Positions 38,556 through 46,882 of a DNA stretch of 64,000 nucleotides are shown in pieces. This stretch comes from a virus (Duplodnaviria; Caudoviricetes): IMG/VR virus record IMGVR_UViG_3300037424_000564, positions 96,001-160,000 of that record. One strand, written 5' to 3'. The first letter of the stretch is position 1. Each line of letters starts with the position of its first letter. The notes beneath the pieces were generated by a model. It was not told the DNA's origin and did no database searches. It saw nothing but the letters and a program-made list of their open reading frames with translations. The position numbers and the translations under genes were made by a program.

Positions 38556-39047
38556 TTAAACCTCCATCAATTTATCTAATTCAGCCCACATTTTTGCATG
38601 AATATCATTATTTTTATAAAGAGTTTCCTTAAAATACGCATATTCTTTTTTATACATTTTGTAGATATCTTTTCCTATACTTCTTCGCACATTGGAAATT
38701 CTATCAGCCAATTTTAAAGATATAGCATTTATATCATAAGCTAACTCTGGATATGTATTTCGATGACGCTCTGCTCTATTTTTCCCATGTTTATCTGTAA
38801 CAGCCCATACAATATCTGCGATTGTTCGGTTAAACATAAACCAAATATCTTTATAGGTATATTTTGTATCTTCAATAATATCATGCAAATATGCTGCAAT
38901 CAAAGTATTTTTATTAGTGATATTAAATTCAACTAATACATTATAAACATCATCTAAATGAGTCACATACGGCAATTCCCCATAAAGTAAGGTGTGCGCT
39001 TTGACTGCTAATTCTCTAGCTTTTGGTAACATGATATTCTCCTTCAC
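38556..39047 (-). CDS. RelA/SpoT-type HD hydrolase (small alarmone hydrolase / Mesh1-like)
   Basis: YGELPYVTH, AAYLHDIIEDT, VWAVTD, LKLADRISN. Confidence 0.85.
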   Translation of the reverse strand: MKENIMLPKARELAVKAHTLLYGELPYVTHLDDVYNVLVEFNITNKNTLIAAYLHDIIEDTKYTYKDIWFMFNRTIADIVWAVTDKHGKNRAERHRNTYPELAYDINAISLKLADRISNVRRSIGKDIYKMYKKEYAYFKETLYKNNDIHAKMWAELDKLMEV

Positions 39048-39054
39048 TACAAAT

Positions 39055-39083
39055 ATGATACTCTATTTTCTTAATTATGTCAA
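39055..39083 (-). promoter_or_regulatory. sigma70-type early promoter
   Basis: TTGACA-17-TATCAT. Confidence 0.75.
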
Positions 39084-39475
39084 TTAAGAAATAACCATCC
39101 CCAATACATTAGAATCAAATGCATCGTATTATCTTGAGCAATATACACGAAAGCTGCAAATGAAGATTTAAGTTCATTTAGATTTGTATTTTTATCAGGT
39201 GTTTTATTGCAATATTCTTTTAAAGTTGAGTTACCTTTTAATTTTGATACCAGATTACCCAGACTATAATGATCAATAAAATAATGACTTAAAAATACAA
39301 GACAAAACCACTCTATATTCATTTCAGTGAATAAACACACAACCAGAGAATAAATAACACAATGAGTAGTACAAGCCAACCAACCACTCCAATCTCGTTT
39401 TGATTTATTTAACGCCATCCAATCATTCTGAAACAAATAATCACCGGCTAAATGTCCTAACAAAAGTGCAAACAT
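39080..39475 (-). CDS. DUF3307 membrane protein
   Basis: GHLAGDYLFQ, HCVIY, SHYFID, QDNTMH. Confidence 0.85.
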   Translation of the reverse strand: MFALLLGHLAGDYLFQNDWMALNKSKRDWSGWLACTTHCVIYSLVVCLFTEMNIEWFCLVFLSHYFIDHYSLGNLVSKLKGNSTLKEYCNKTPDKNTNLNELKSSFAAFVYIAQDNTMHLILMYWGWLFLN

Positions 39476-39510
39476 AATTTTATACCTTTATATGTAAATG
39501 GTTAAAATTG

Positions 39511-39960
39511 TTAAATCAACCCATTTCCTCTCATTTTCCAAATCATCCAAAGCAGATCTAAACACCATTCATTAGGAATAATATGTGAGTTCATTGCTAG
39601 AAATTCGATATCATCACAATCACACACAACTCGAATGAAATCAGCAACTGCTCCTGATCGACAAATACCGGCAGTGCAATGTACGATGATCAGTTCAATA
39701 TCAGTGGACAATCCTTTAATAAAGGAAATAATATTCATAGCATCATTTACATCCATAGCTTTAAAATCCATACAACTAACAAGTGTCATAGTTGTTTTAG
39801 GATGAATATCATCAAACCACACAGTAATAGCTTTATCTGTATCTTTAAAAATACGTTCATCATTTGTACTAAGAATACTAATTATTGCAGTCTTAGTAGA
39901 ATTTGTAATAATAGCTTCATTATGGATTGCTACAATTTTTGGAACTGCTTGAACTTTCAT
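39511..39960 (-). CDS. Protein-tyrosine/dual-specificity phosphatase-like protein
   Basis: WFDDI...VHCTAGICRS (CX5R)...PN. Confidence 0.85.
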   Translation of the reverse strand: MKVQAVPKIVAIHNEAIITNSTKTAIISILSTNDERIFKDTDKAITVWFDDIHPKTTMTLVSCMDFKAMDVNDAMNIISFIKGLSTDIELIIVHCTAGICRSGAVADFIRVVCDCDDIEFLAMNSHIIPNEWCLDLLWMIWKMRGNGLI

Positions 39961-40061
39961 CAGTATTCTCCTTTATATAGTATAGGATATATGCTATATG
40001 GTATTTTTTAATTTTTTATGTAAAATATCTAAATAATAGAGTAGTTATTAACTTTTAATCC

Positions 40062-40529
40062 TTGGAGTATTATATGTCAGACTTAGATCAAATAAAAAAT
40101 GTTATAGGTGATTTGAAAACTGACGTTGCTGTTGTAAAAACCGAAGTCAAAGAAATGAAAAATAGTATTACTACAGCAGTAGAAAAAATATCAGATTCTA
40201 TGATCACCTTAGCATTAGTAACAGAAAAACTAAATAATAATTTAGATGAACATAAATATATAAATCATAAATTAGAAATAATTGAAACAGAACAAGAAGA
40301 ACAAAGAGATACACTGCTCAATCTTAAAAATAGTCATGATGTATGTAATGATCGTAGAAAAACTGATGAAGATCGTCGGGCAAATTCACCGTTAGCCAAA
40401 GCAAGAGTTAAAGTAGTAGAATGGTCATTTATATTTTTAGTCGCTTTGGCTATATTTACGATTTTTAATCATCTTCCTGATTTTTTTAAGTTTGCCGCAG
40501 ATTCCAACATTGGTATACAATTACCATAA
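40062..40529 (+). CDS. Coiled-coil protein with C-terminal TM (holin/XhlA-like candidate)
   Basis: Long coiled coil plus one TM; GGAG RBS; opposite strand to neighbours. Confidence 0.45.
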   Translation: MEYYMSDLDQIKNVIGDLKTDVAVVKTEVKEMKNSITTAVEKISDSMITLALVTEKLNNNLDEHKYINHKLEIIETEQEEQRDTLLNLKNSHDVCNDRRKTDEDRRANSPLAKARVKVVEWSFIFLVALAIFTIFNHLPDFFKFAADSNIGIQLP

Positions 40530-40537
40530 CGGTACTT

Positions 40538-40816
40538 ATGAAAAAAGCGTGGAGTAACTTCTGTACATGTTTTATGTCGTTAGTTTTATTGGTGTCATTA
40601 ATCTATATACCAATTCGTATGCATTACTCTGACTTTTTTGAATATACGTGCTCTTTGTTTAGTTTTGGGAATTTAAACTGTATAGATTTACTATTTTTAA
40701 TATACGCTATTTATATTTCAAAACAATTTTTAAACTTACATATATATTTTGAAAAACGTAACAGATTACATTTTATAAAAAAGTTTAATTTTAGAAATAA
40801 TCATTATCTTGTATAA
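40538..40816 (+). CDS. Hypothetical two-TM protein
   Basis: Follows the holin candidate on the + strand. Confidence 0.4.
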   Translation: MKKAWSNFCTCFMSLVLLVSLIYIPIRMHYSDFFEYTCSLFSFGNLNCIDLLFLIYAIYISKQFLNLHIYFEKRNRLHFIKKFNFRNNHYLV

Positions 40817-40818
40817 GG

Positions 40819-41154
40819 TCAATCAATAAATTTATTGATTGGACCTATAGAGGCAGAACTTTCAGTCAAACTAAATCCGATATCCATTTCAAGTTCACCA
40901 TCCCAATTCCAAATATTAATATAAAAACCTCCAGACATACACCGATTACTTTCGTTGAAATTATCACTTTCTAGTATAGATCGAAATAATTCATTTAAAT
41001 GTTCTTTCATTTCATTAATATTTGGAACTCTGGGATTTAAAAATCCCCAACACCAATTAGATTCTGTCATAAATTTCAAAATTTCTTCATAATTAATGGC
41101 ATTTTCAGCAATACGAAAACATTCAATAAGACGGAGTTTCAGTGATTCAGTCAT
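40819..41154 (-). CDS. Hypothetical protein
   Basis: AAGGAG RBS. Confidence 0.65.
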   Translation of the reverse strand: MTESLKLRLIECFRIAENAINYEEILKFMTESNWCWGFLNPRVPNINEMKEHLNELFRSILESDNFNESNRCMSGGFYINIWNWDGELEMDIGFSLTESSASIGPINKFID

Positions 41155-41199
41155 TTTTGTGATCTCCTTGTTAGTTTATTAAGTTTATATTACGACAGC

Positions 41200-41661
41200 C
41201 TAGAAATTATAATCGTAAAATTTAATAGGGGCAGTTGATACATCGTACCGATTCCCATATATATCTTTCCATTGACCATTTTTGTGCATTCTAATTTCAC
41301 GAACAGTACCATTTTCATCAGAAGAGTAGGTATACTGCTGGTCATGATTATTAATGGTATTCCCTAGAAATCCACCAATGATAGTTTCCGGTTTCCAATC
41401 AGCAGAAAGTTCAGCATTCATACTGCGGATAGTGAATTTCTTAGCAGTATTTTTCTTGATAATTTCATTCGGATTGACATCAGTATAACCACATCGATTT
41501 GCAAACTTATATTTTTCTTGAGCATAAAGTTCAGAAACATCATATCCAGAACGTACCAGACAACCAATAGTACCGTACACTTGAATACCTTTATCAATCA
41601 GATCGAATCGATTTTCATTGGTTTCGATAATGCTTCCATGCTCGTCAATGTAGTAATTCAT
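41200..41661 (-). CDS. Hypothetical protein
   Basis: AAGGAG RBS before ATG 41661; ends KFYDYNF. Confidence 0.65.
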   Translation of the reverse strand: MNYYIDEHGSIIETNENRFDLIDKGIQVYGTIGCLVRSGYDVSELYAQEKYKFANRCGYTDVNPNEIIKKNTAKKFTIRSMNAELSADWKPETIIGGFLGNTINNHDQQYTYSSDENGTVREIRMHKNGQWKDIYGNRYDVSTAPIKFYDYNF

Positions 41662-41681
41662 AGTAATCTCCTTTGGTTGAA

Positions 41682-42110
41682 GTTGTATGCTGTCCAGTGA
41701 TTTAAATATACAACAGGAAGATTTAATTGTCAATTAAAAGTTACGAGTATATTATAAATCCACGCAAGACCAAAACACATTCCAACAAATATAACTCTTG
41801 AGATTATATTTTTAAACACAACAGATGCTTTAAATTTTTGTTTTACTGGTTTAAACATCCAAATACTTCTGAATAAAAGAACACCCAAAACAAACATAAT
41901 ATCTAGTTTTACATTGGTAATTTGATACATAGTCATGTAATAAATTACCAGTATTACAGGTGCGACAATATAAACTTCAACAAAAATGGCGGTAATAAAA
42001 AGTGCAATACCCTTAACAAATTGTTCCCACTTATTTTCTTCGGTTTCCGTTTCCATTTTTTATCTCCTTTAATGTGATTTAAATATACAACAGGAAGATT
42101 TATTTGTCTA
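41682..42110 (-). repeat. Duplicated promoter cassette (gtgatttaaatatacaacaggaagattta at ~41697 and ~42074)
   Basis: TTGACA/TAGACA-17-TATATT at 41705-41733 and 42082-42110 with near-identical spacers. Confidence 0.75.
41730..42056 (-). CDS. Hypothetical multi-TM membrane protein
   Basis: Three hydrophobic segments; AAGGAG RBS. Confidence 0.65.
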   Translation of the reverse strand: METETEENKWEQFVKGIALFITAIFVEVYIVAPVILVIYYMTMYQITNVKLDIMFVLGVLLFRSIWMFKPVKQKFKASVVFKNIISRVIFVGMCFGLAWIYNILVTFN

Positions 42111-42111
42111 T

Positions 42112-42522
42112 TTAATTATCTACTTTATTTTCAAAAAAAGCAATTGGATAAGGATCACCCAACAGTACTCTCATTGCATTCAATCCTTCACGGATAGGAT
42201 CTGATTGGAGATAATATTGAAGAGTGATACGTTCCCATACATCCATTTTTCTAGGGAATGTAAGAGTTACGTGACGTTTAGGTAACCCAGATTTAGAAGG
42301 ATGAATTTCTTCTTTTTCTGTATAATAACCAACATCATTCCCAAGTTTTTCTAGATTCTTTTTAAATTGTGTAAATTGTTCATCAGTATCGATATCAAGT
42401 TGTAATTGATATTCAGTAGGGAGTACTACTACCATATTTAATTCTTCTGCTACTACATATGGATCACGATTAATTCCATATATAAATTCTGCTTTATTTG
42501 CAAGTTCTTCCAATAAATCCAT
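42112..42522 (-). CDS. Hypothetical protein
   Basis: 136-aa ORF directly downstream of PARP. Confidence 0.65.
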   Translation of the reverse strand: MDLLEELANKAEFIYGINRDPYVVAEELNMVVVLPTEYQLQLDIDTDEQFTQFKKNLEKLGNDVGYYTEKEEIHPSKSGLPKRHVTLTFPRKMDVWERITLQYYLQSDPIREGLNAMRVLLGDPYPIAFFENKVDN

Positions 42523-42525
42523 AAA

Positions 42526-43725
42526 TTAACCTTTCATTTGAATGAGATATTTAACAGTGGTTTGTGCTTCATTATAAACAATATATTCGTTATTACGAAG
42601 ATCAGCACCACCTTCCGCAAAGACAGAATCATACTGTCCTTTGTTTTTGAGTTTTGATTCATCCAGACTCGACATCCACGATTCATGACGTTTCAAATGA
42701 AATTTATTACCAACATGAACATCAAAAAGTGCCATATATGCCTCGTCAGCACCACCTTTAGCCCAATAAGAGCCTCTTGCAGACGTATAACCCCATGATT
42801 TCTGTGCTTTATCCGCAAAATAAGTTCCATAGCCAAACATCTTACCAGTAATAACTGCATTAGTAGGGCGAAGAACTAGACCAGTTTGAAGAATAGGCAA
42901 CCAGTTTTCATTTCGAGAACCATGAAAAAATAGATCAGTCGCTTTGTTTTTAGAGTTATTCACATAAGAATCAAACCGTTTCTTGGTATTTTTATTTTCA
43001 ATCATATAACCACGAACATAGTTTGAGCTAAGGTTAGCAAGCTTAGATTTAATTATTTTTTCTTCATCAGATTTGATATTGAAAATATTAATTCCCATAG
43101 CATCAAGAATGGTCAAGTTATCGTTTTTGTTTTCTTTAACAAGAACAGTTTGATTGACCTGTTGTGACATGGTATCAAGAAGATCCTGTTCTTTCGCTAC
43201 AGTTTCTTCAATGTTTCCATAAACAAAATCATCACTTTCTTCAAAAAGATGATCTGCAACTTTCTTCATTTTACGAGGAATAACAGTGAATAGTTCAATG
43301 AGAACTTTATTCATTTCACGATTCGATTTAACTTGCATCAAAGCATTCAGAAGATTCTGTGCTTCTTTGATTTGTTTTTCAGTTACAGTATCAGCGGTGA
43401 CATTGTAGTTATTTGCTACTTTATGTTTGGTGTATTGTTCTAGTTTACGAATCAGATTTGAAATATATGTGTCAGAGATATCAAGAAAACTAACTGCATC
43501 TTTTTTATCTTCAGTGACAAAAAGTTCAGTTACATCTTTATATCCTTTTTTAATTTTGGATGCATGGAGAGAACTCCACTTTGAAGAAGGATATGAAGCA
43601 GTTTGGCCTGATGTACCTACTCGACCAAATTCGATAGAAATAGTAGAACCATTATCTACCATATTATAAAATTTGTTGTTATTCTCTGGGGTAATCATGA
43701 GTAGTTTAGCTGTGCGAGTCGCCAT
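42526..43725 (-). CDS. Poly(ADP-ribose) polymerase-like ADP-ribosyltransferase with WGR-like and helical domains
   Basis: NNKFY...EFGRVG; FTVIPRKM; FFHGS, GKMFGYGTYFAD, KS.GY, NNEYIVY (H-Y-E triad). Confidence 0.92.
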   Translation of the reverse strand: MATRTAKLLMITPENNNKFYNMVDNGSTISIEFGRVGTSGQTASYPSSKWSSLHASKIKKGYKDVTELFVTEDKKDAVSFLDISDTYISNLIRKLEQYTKHKVANNYNVTADTVTEKQIKEAQNLLNALMQVKSNREMNKVLIELFTVIPRKMKKVADHLFEESDDFVYGNIEETVAKEQDLLDTMSQQVNQTVLVKENKNDNLTILDAMGINIFNIKSDEEKIIKSKLANLSSNYVRGYMIENKNTKKRFDSYVNNSKNKATDLFFHGSRNENWLPILQTGLVLRPTNAVITGKMFGYGTYFADKAQKSWGYTSARGSYWAKGGADEAYMALFDVHVGNKFHLKRHESWMSSLDESKLKNKGQYDSVFAEGGADLRNNEYIVYNEAQTTVKYLIQMKG

Positions 43726-43750
43726 TTATTTTCTCCTTTGATATAATCTG

Positions 43751-43779
43751 ATATTAAATCAAAAATATTTGTATGTCAA
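43751..43779 (-). promoter_or_regulatory. sigma70-type early promoter of PARP
   Basis: TTGACA-17-TAATAT. Confidence 0.75.
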
Positions 43780-44021
43780 TTATAATCTTCCATTTTATCC
43801 CAATCAAAAGGATCAGTATAACTTTCATAAAAATAATCAACTTCTGCTGTACGATCATTACGTTCAGTACTACACAGATCTTCATATTGATCATAAGAAA
43901 TACATTGGTTGGTTTATTTATGTCTATAATAACCTTCATCATAACTTTCAGATTTAGATCCAGTTCCATCAACAAATTCCCAATCAGTGATAGATCCCAA
44001 TTTAGAGTTGATAAATGCCAT
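43776..44021 (-). pseudogene. Acidic hypothetical gene with in-frame TAA
   Basis: AAGGAG RBS, MAFINSKLG...YYRHK*TNQCISY...EDYN; TAA at 43914-43916. Confidence 0.55.
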
Positions 44022-44032
44022 TTCTATTCTCC

Positions 44033-44350
44033 TTAAGGTTGGGTAGTAATACCGTTAAAAGTAACAACATAACAAGCAACTTCTTTGTCTGAATAATGAC
44101 CAACAACTTTAGCAATCCCAATATCTCCTTCAGAAACCCCTTCAGGAAATAATCTACCTTTTCCATATACCCAAGTCATATGCTTTCCATTTTTAAAGAA
44201 GAGTGCAGTATAGTTATGTTTAAATGCCCATACTCCTGTAACAAATCCGATATCTTCTTTAATATATCCTTTTGCAGTAGCTCTACGTCCAGATTCTACC
44301 GGACTTGCTCCATTTGCTCTGGTTGTGATGTGAAGAAGAGTTTTATTCAT
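44033..44350 (-). CDS. Circularly permuted 2H phosphoesterase
   Basis: Two HxT motifs (LHITT, KHMTW) with halves in swapped order; GAAAGGA RBS; promoter 44376-44404. Confidence 0.7.
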   Translation of the reverse strand: MNKTLLHITTRANGASPVESGRRATAKGYIKEDIGFVTGVWAFKHNYTALFFKNGKHMTWVYGKGRLFPEGVSEGDIGIAKVVGHYSDKEVACYVVTFNGITTQP

Positions 44351-44375
44351 GATAGTTCCTTTCGATTGATAACTA

Positions 44376-44404
44376 ATATTACCATTAGTTATTTTATCTG
44401 TCAA
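44376..44404 (-). promoter_or_regulatory. sigma70-type early promoter
   Basis: TTGACA-17-TAATAT. Confidence 0.75.
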
Positions 44405-44560
44405 TTAAATTATCAATGTGTTGTTTGGCATTTTTTACATTACCTAAAAATTGATCAACCAACACATCGTTTTTAAATAGACGATACGCATTAGGCGAAA
44501 CAGTAAGAATAATATAATCTTTATATTTTATTGTTCTTGTTCTAAACATGGTGTATCTCC

Positions 44561-44866
44561 TTAAAGTTTAACAGATTCACCTGTGATGATGTTTACGACA
44601 ATCTCACCTTCACCGAAAACAGACCTCATTTCAAATAGTTCTTCTTCGGTGGGTTTATGCATCTTCATAAATTCTTTATATTCAAAAATAAAATTAGAGG
44701 TATCAATACCACGTTGTCGCTCACTGTTCATATATTGTTTAGTGGTGATCAACCCATCTGTTAAGAATTCTAATAACATATCCTGAAATGGCACATGATT
44801 ATTACTCTTCCAACGAACTACATTATCTCTATCAATTATGAATTTATCCGAGTATGTATGTTTCAT
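44561..44866 (-). CDS. Hypothetical protein
   Basis: GGAGG RBS before ATG 44866. Confidence 0.65.
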   Translation of the reverse strand: MKHTYSDKFIIDRDNVVRWKSNNHVPFQDMLLEFLTDGLITTKQYMNSERQRGIDTSNFIFEYKEFMKMHKPTEEELFEMRSVFGEGEIVVNIITGESVKL

Positions 44867-44906
44867 TGTTATACCTCCGTTAGAGTTGTTTCTGCTCACT
44901 GAAACA

Positions 44907-44935
44907 ATATTAATTTATCACGAATTTATTGTCAA
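44907..44935 (-). promoter_or_regulatory. sigma70-type early promoter
   Basis: TTGACA-17-TAATAT. Confidence 0.75.
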
Positions 44936-44937
44936 TT

Positions 44938-44970
44938 AAAAAAGCCCATCTATAATTTAGATGGGCTTTT
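44938..44970 (-). terminator. Intrinsic terminator after uvsX
   Basis: AAAAGCCCATCTA / TAGATGGGCTTTT stem followed by a U-tract on the minus strand. Confidence 0.85.
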
Positions 44971-44992
44971 ATGTTTAATTATTTTAATTAAA

Positions 44993-46189
44993 TTATACTT
45001 CTTCTGTTTCCTCTTCATCATCGTCTAGATTGAGTTCATCTTTGACCGACATGTACTTGAATTTACTACGAAGAAAGTCACCTAACCACAGAGTAAGAAA
45101 TTCTTTCCAGAATTCATCAGTTAATTTTGATTTAGAAAATACTTCATCTTTCATGAAATCCACAGATACTTTTTTAGGATTCATTTTGAATGATTGTTTT
45201 TCTTTGGTAAATACACCTTCATCTAGACAGAATTGAAGCAATCCAGAATACATAGTCAAACCAGCTTCGAAGTCAATTGTGAATTTGACTTTTGTTTTTT
45301 CTTTAGCAGTTCTACATTTAGTAGTGGTAGAAGTAATCAAACCACCAGTAGTACTACCGTTACTAGCTTTCTCTTGTGCTTTGGTAAATTCATTGATGAT
45401 GGATGCATTGTATAAACTACCAGAACCACCACCAATTACTTTACCACCAAATCCACCAATTTGATCATATACGTGATTAATAGCAATGATAGGTACGTTT
45501 TTAATACCTGCTCTCATTGTGCAAGTTCTGAAGAAAGCTTTGAGTTTGGATGCTCTAGTCATATCTTTTGTTTCTGAACCAGATTGTGTATCGTCGATTT
45601 CTTTGTTGGTAGAAATATTACCAATAGAGTCAATTCCGATAATGACTTTATCTTCTGGACCAACTTCATCAAGAATATTCAATACAGAAGTCATTAGGGA
45701 TTCTACTGTGTCTACAGGGATATAAAGTAGTTTGTTAAGGTCGATGCCTCTTTGTTTCAAATCTTCTTTATTATTATTAGCCATTTCTGTATCATAAAGT
45801 ACAGCAAAGTATCCCATTGCTTGTGCGACTTTGATTGTTTCTAGCATTAGGAAAGTTTTACCACAAGAGTTAATACCAGCTAATTGCCAGATACGACCAG
45901 AAGGTAAACCACCATCATATCTAGATGAAATTTGAGCATTTAGAAGAACGTTGCCAGTTGAAATCCAATCTCGAATGGGATACTTATCAATTTCATCCTC
46001 TCCCATAAGTTGAGCATAATCAGAAGCAGATGAAGACATTAGACGTTCGCCAAAACTCATTTTCTTTTTCTTTTCTTGTGCTTCTTTATCGTTGTCCTTT
46101 AGAATTTTCTTTTCTTCTCTGCTTAATTTAATACCATTTTCTTGTTTGAATCTTAATTCCATTAGTTCTTTTTCAGTTACTTTTGCCAT
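44993..46189 (-). CDS. uvsX: RecA-like recombinase (UvsX)
   Basis: ISTGNVLLN, AGINSCGKT, YDTE, IDSIGN, INHVY, GGGSG. Confidence 0.93.
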   Translation of the reverse strand: MAKVTEKELMELRFKQENGIKLSREEKKILKDNDKEAQEKKKKMSFGERLMSSSASDYAQLMGEDEIDKYPIRDWISTGNVLLNAQISSRYDGGLPSGRIWQLAGINSCGKTFLMLETIKVAQAMGYFAVLYDTEMANNNKEDLKQRGIDLNKLLYIPVDTVESLMTSVLNILDEVGPEDKVIIGIDSIGNISTNKEIDDTQSGSETKDMTRASKLKAFFRTCTMRAGIKNVPIIAINHVYDQIGGFGGKVIGGGSGSLYNASIINEFTKAQEKASNGSTTGGLITSTTTKCRTAKEKTKVKFTIDFEAGLTMYSGLLQFCLDEGVFTKEKQSFKMNPKKVSVDFMKDEVFSKSKLTDEFWKEFLTLWLGDFLRSKFKYMSVKDELNLDDDEEETEEV

Positions 46190-46408
46190 TTAGTTCTCCT
46201 TAAAAAAGTTTTTGAATGTTTTATATACAGGGGATTCTTGAATCTTGAGACGTTTTCTAGCTCTTCTTATTAGATATTGTAAAAATCTAGGATCGCAACG
46301 CTCTAATCCTTCTCTAATAAGATTACCTGAAATATCTTCAAATAATAAAGAAATTGAACGTTCAGATTTTTTTGATTCAAATGCTAACTTCTTTATTATT
46401 TTATCCAT
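46190..46408 (-). CDS. Hypothetical protein
   Basis: Abuts the uvsX start. Confidence 0.55.
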   Translation of the reverse strand: MDKIIKKLAFESKKSERSISLLFEDISGNLIREGLERCDPRFLQYLIRRARKRLKIQESPVYKTFKNFFKEN

Positions 46409-46411
46409 ATA

Positions 46412-46882
46412 TTAATTCCAAGTTATTTTATGTTTTATGCTGTCACAATCTGAACAATATCCGTTTACATTAATCTCTGCTGTTTTGTATGTATAATTAC
46501 ATATATGACATTCTTTAATACCTTGATTTTCCATTTCAACATTTTTCATAATTTTATATGCATCATCGCCATATACAAATGTTTGATTAACTGAGTCGTA
46601 ATAGTTTTCATCTTTAATTATAATATCTAACTTATTTATATGATCCAGCATTATTATAGTATTCAATGCCGCTATTTGTGGGGAAATATTGATAGTAAAA
46701 CTTAAATTAAAACAAACATCTTCATGTACATATAACATAATGAAATCTTCTGTTTGTAGTATTAAATTCAAATCATTGTAAATTAAATTGGTAAAAAATT
46801 CAGATCCAAATACTGTTTTAATATCATTTTCTATATTTGATAATTTACTATATGCATCTTGAGTTTGTTCTAAACTACTCAT
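46412..46882 (-). CDS. Hypothetical protein with C-terminal Zn ribbon
   Basis: CHIC...CSDC; directly after gp46. Confidence 0.6.
   Translation of the reverse strand: MSSLEQTQDAYSKLSNIENDIKTVFGSEFFTNLIYNDLNLILQTEDFIMLYVHEDVCFNLSFTINISPQIAALNTIIMLDHINKLDIIIKDENYYDSVNQTFVYGDDAYKIMKNVEMENQGIKECHICNYTYKTAEINVNGYCSDCDSIKHKITWN

Noticed and set aside
369-46189. Inteins or introns in pol, nrdJ, helicase, primase or uvsX
   Set aside because: All are contiguous and of ordinary length with no splicing motifs; the homing endonucleases here are free-standing.
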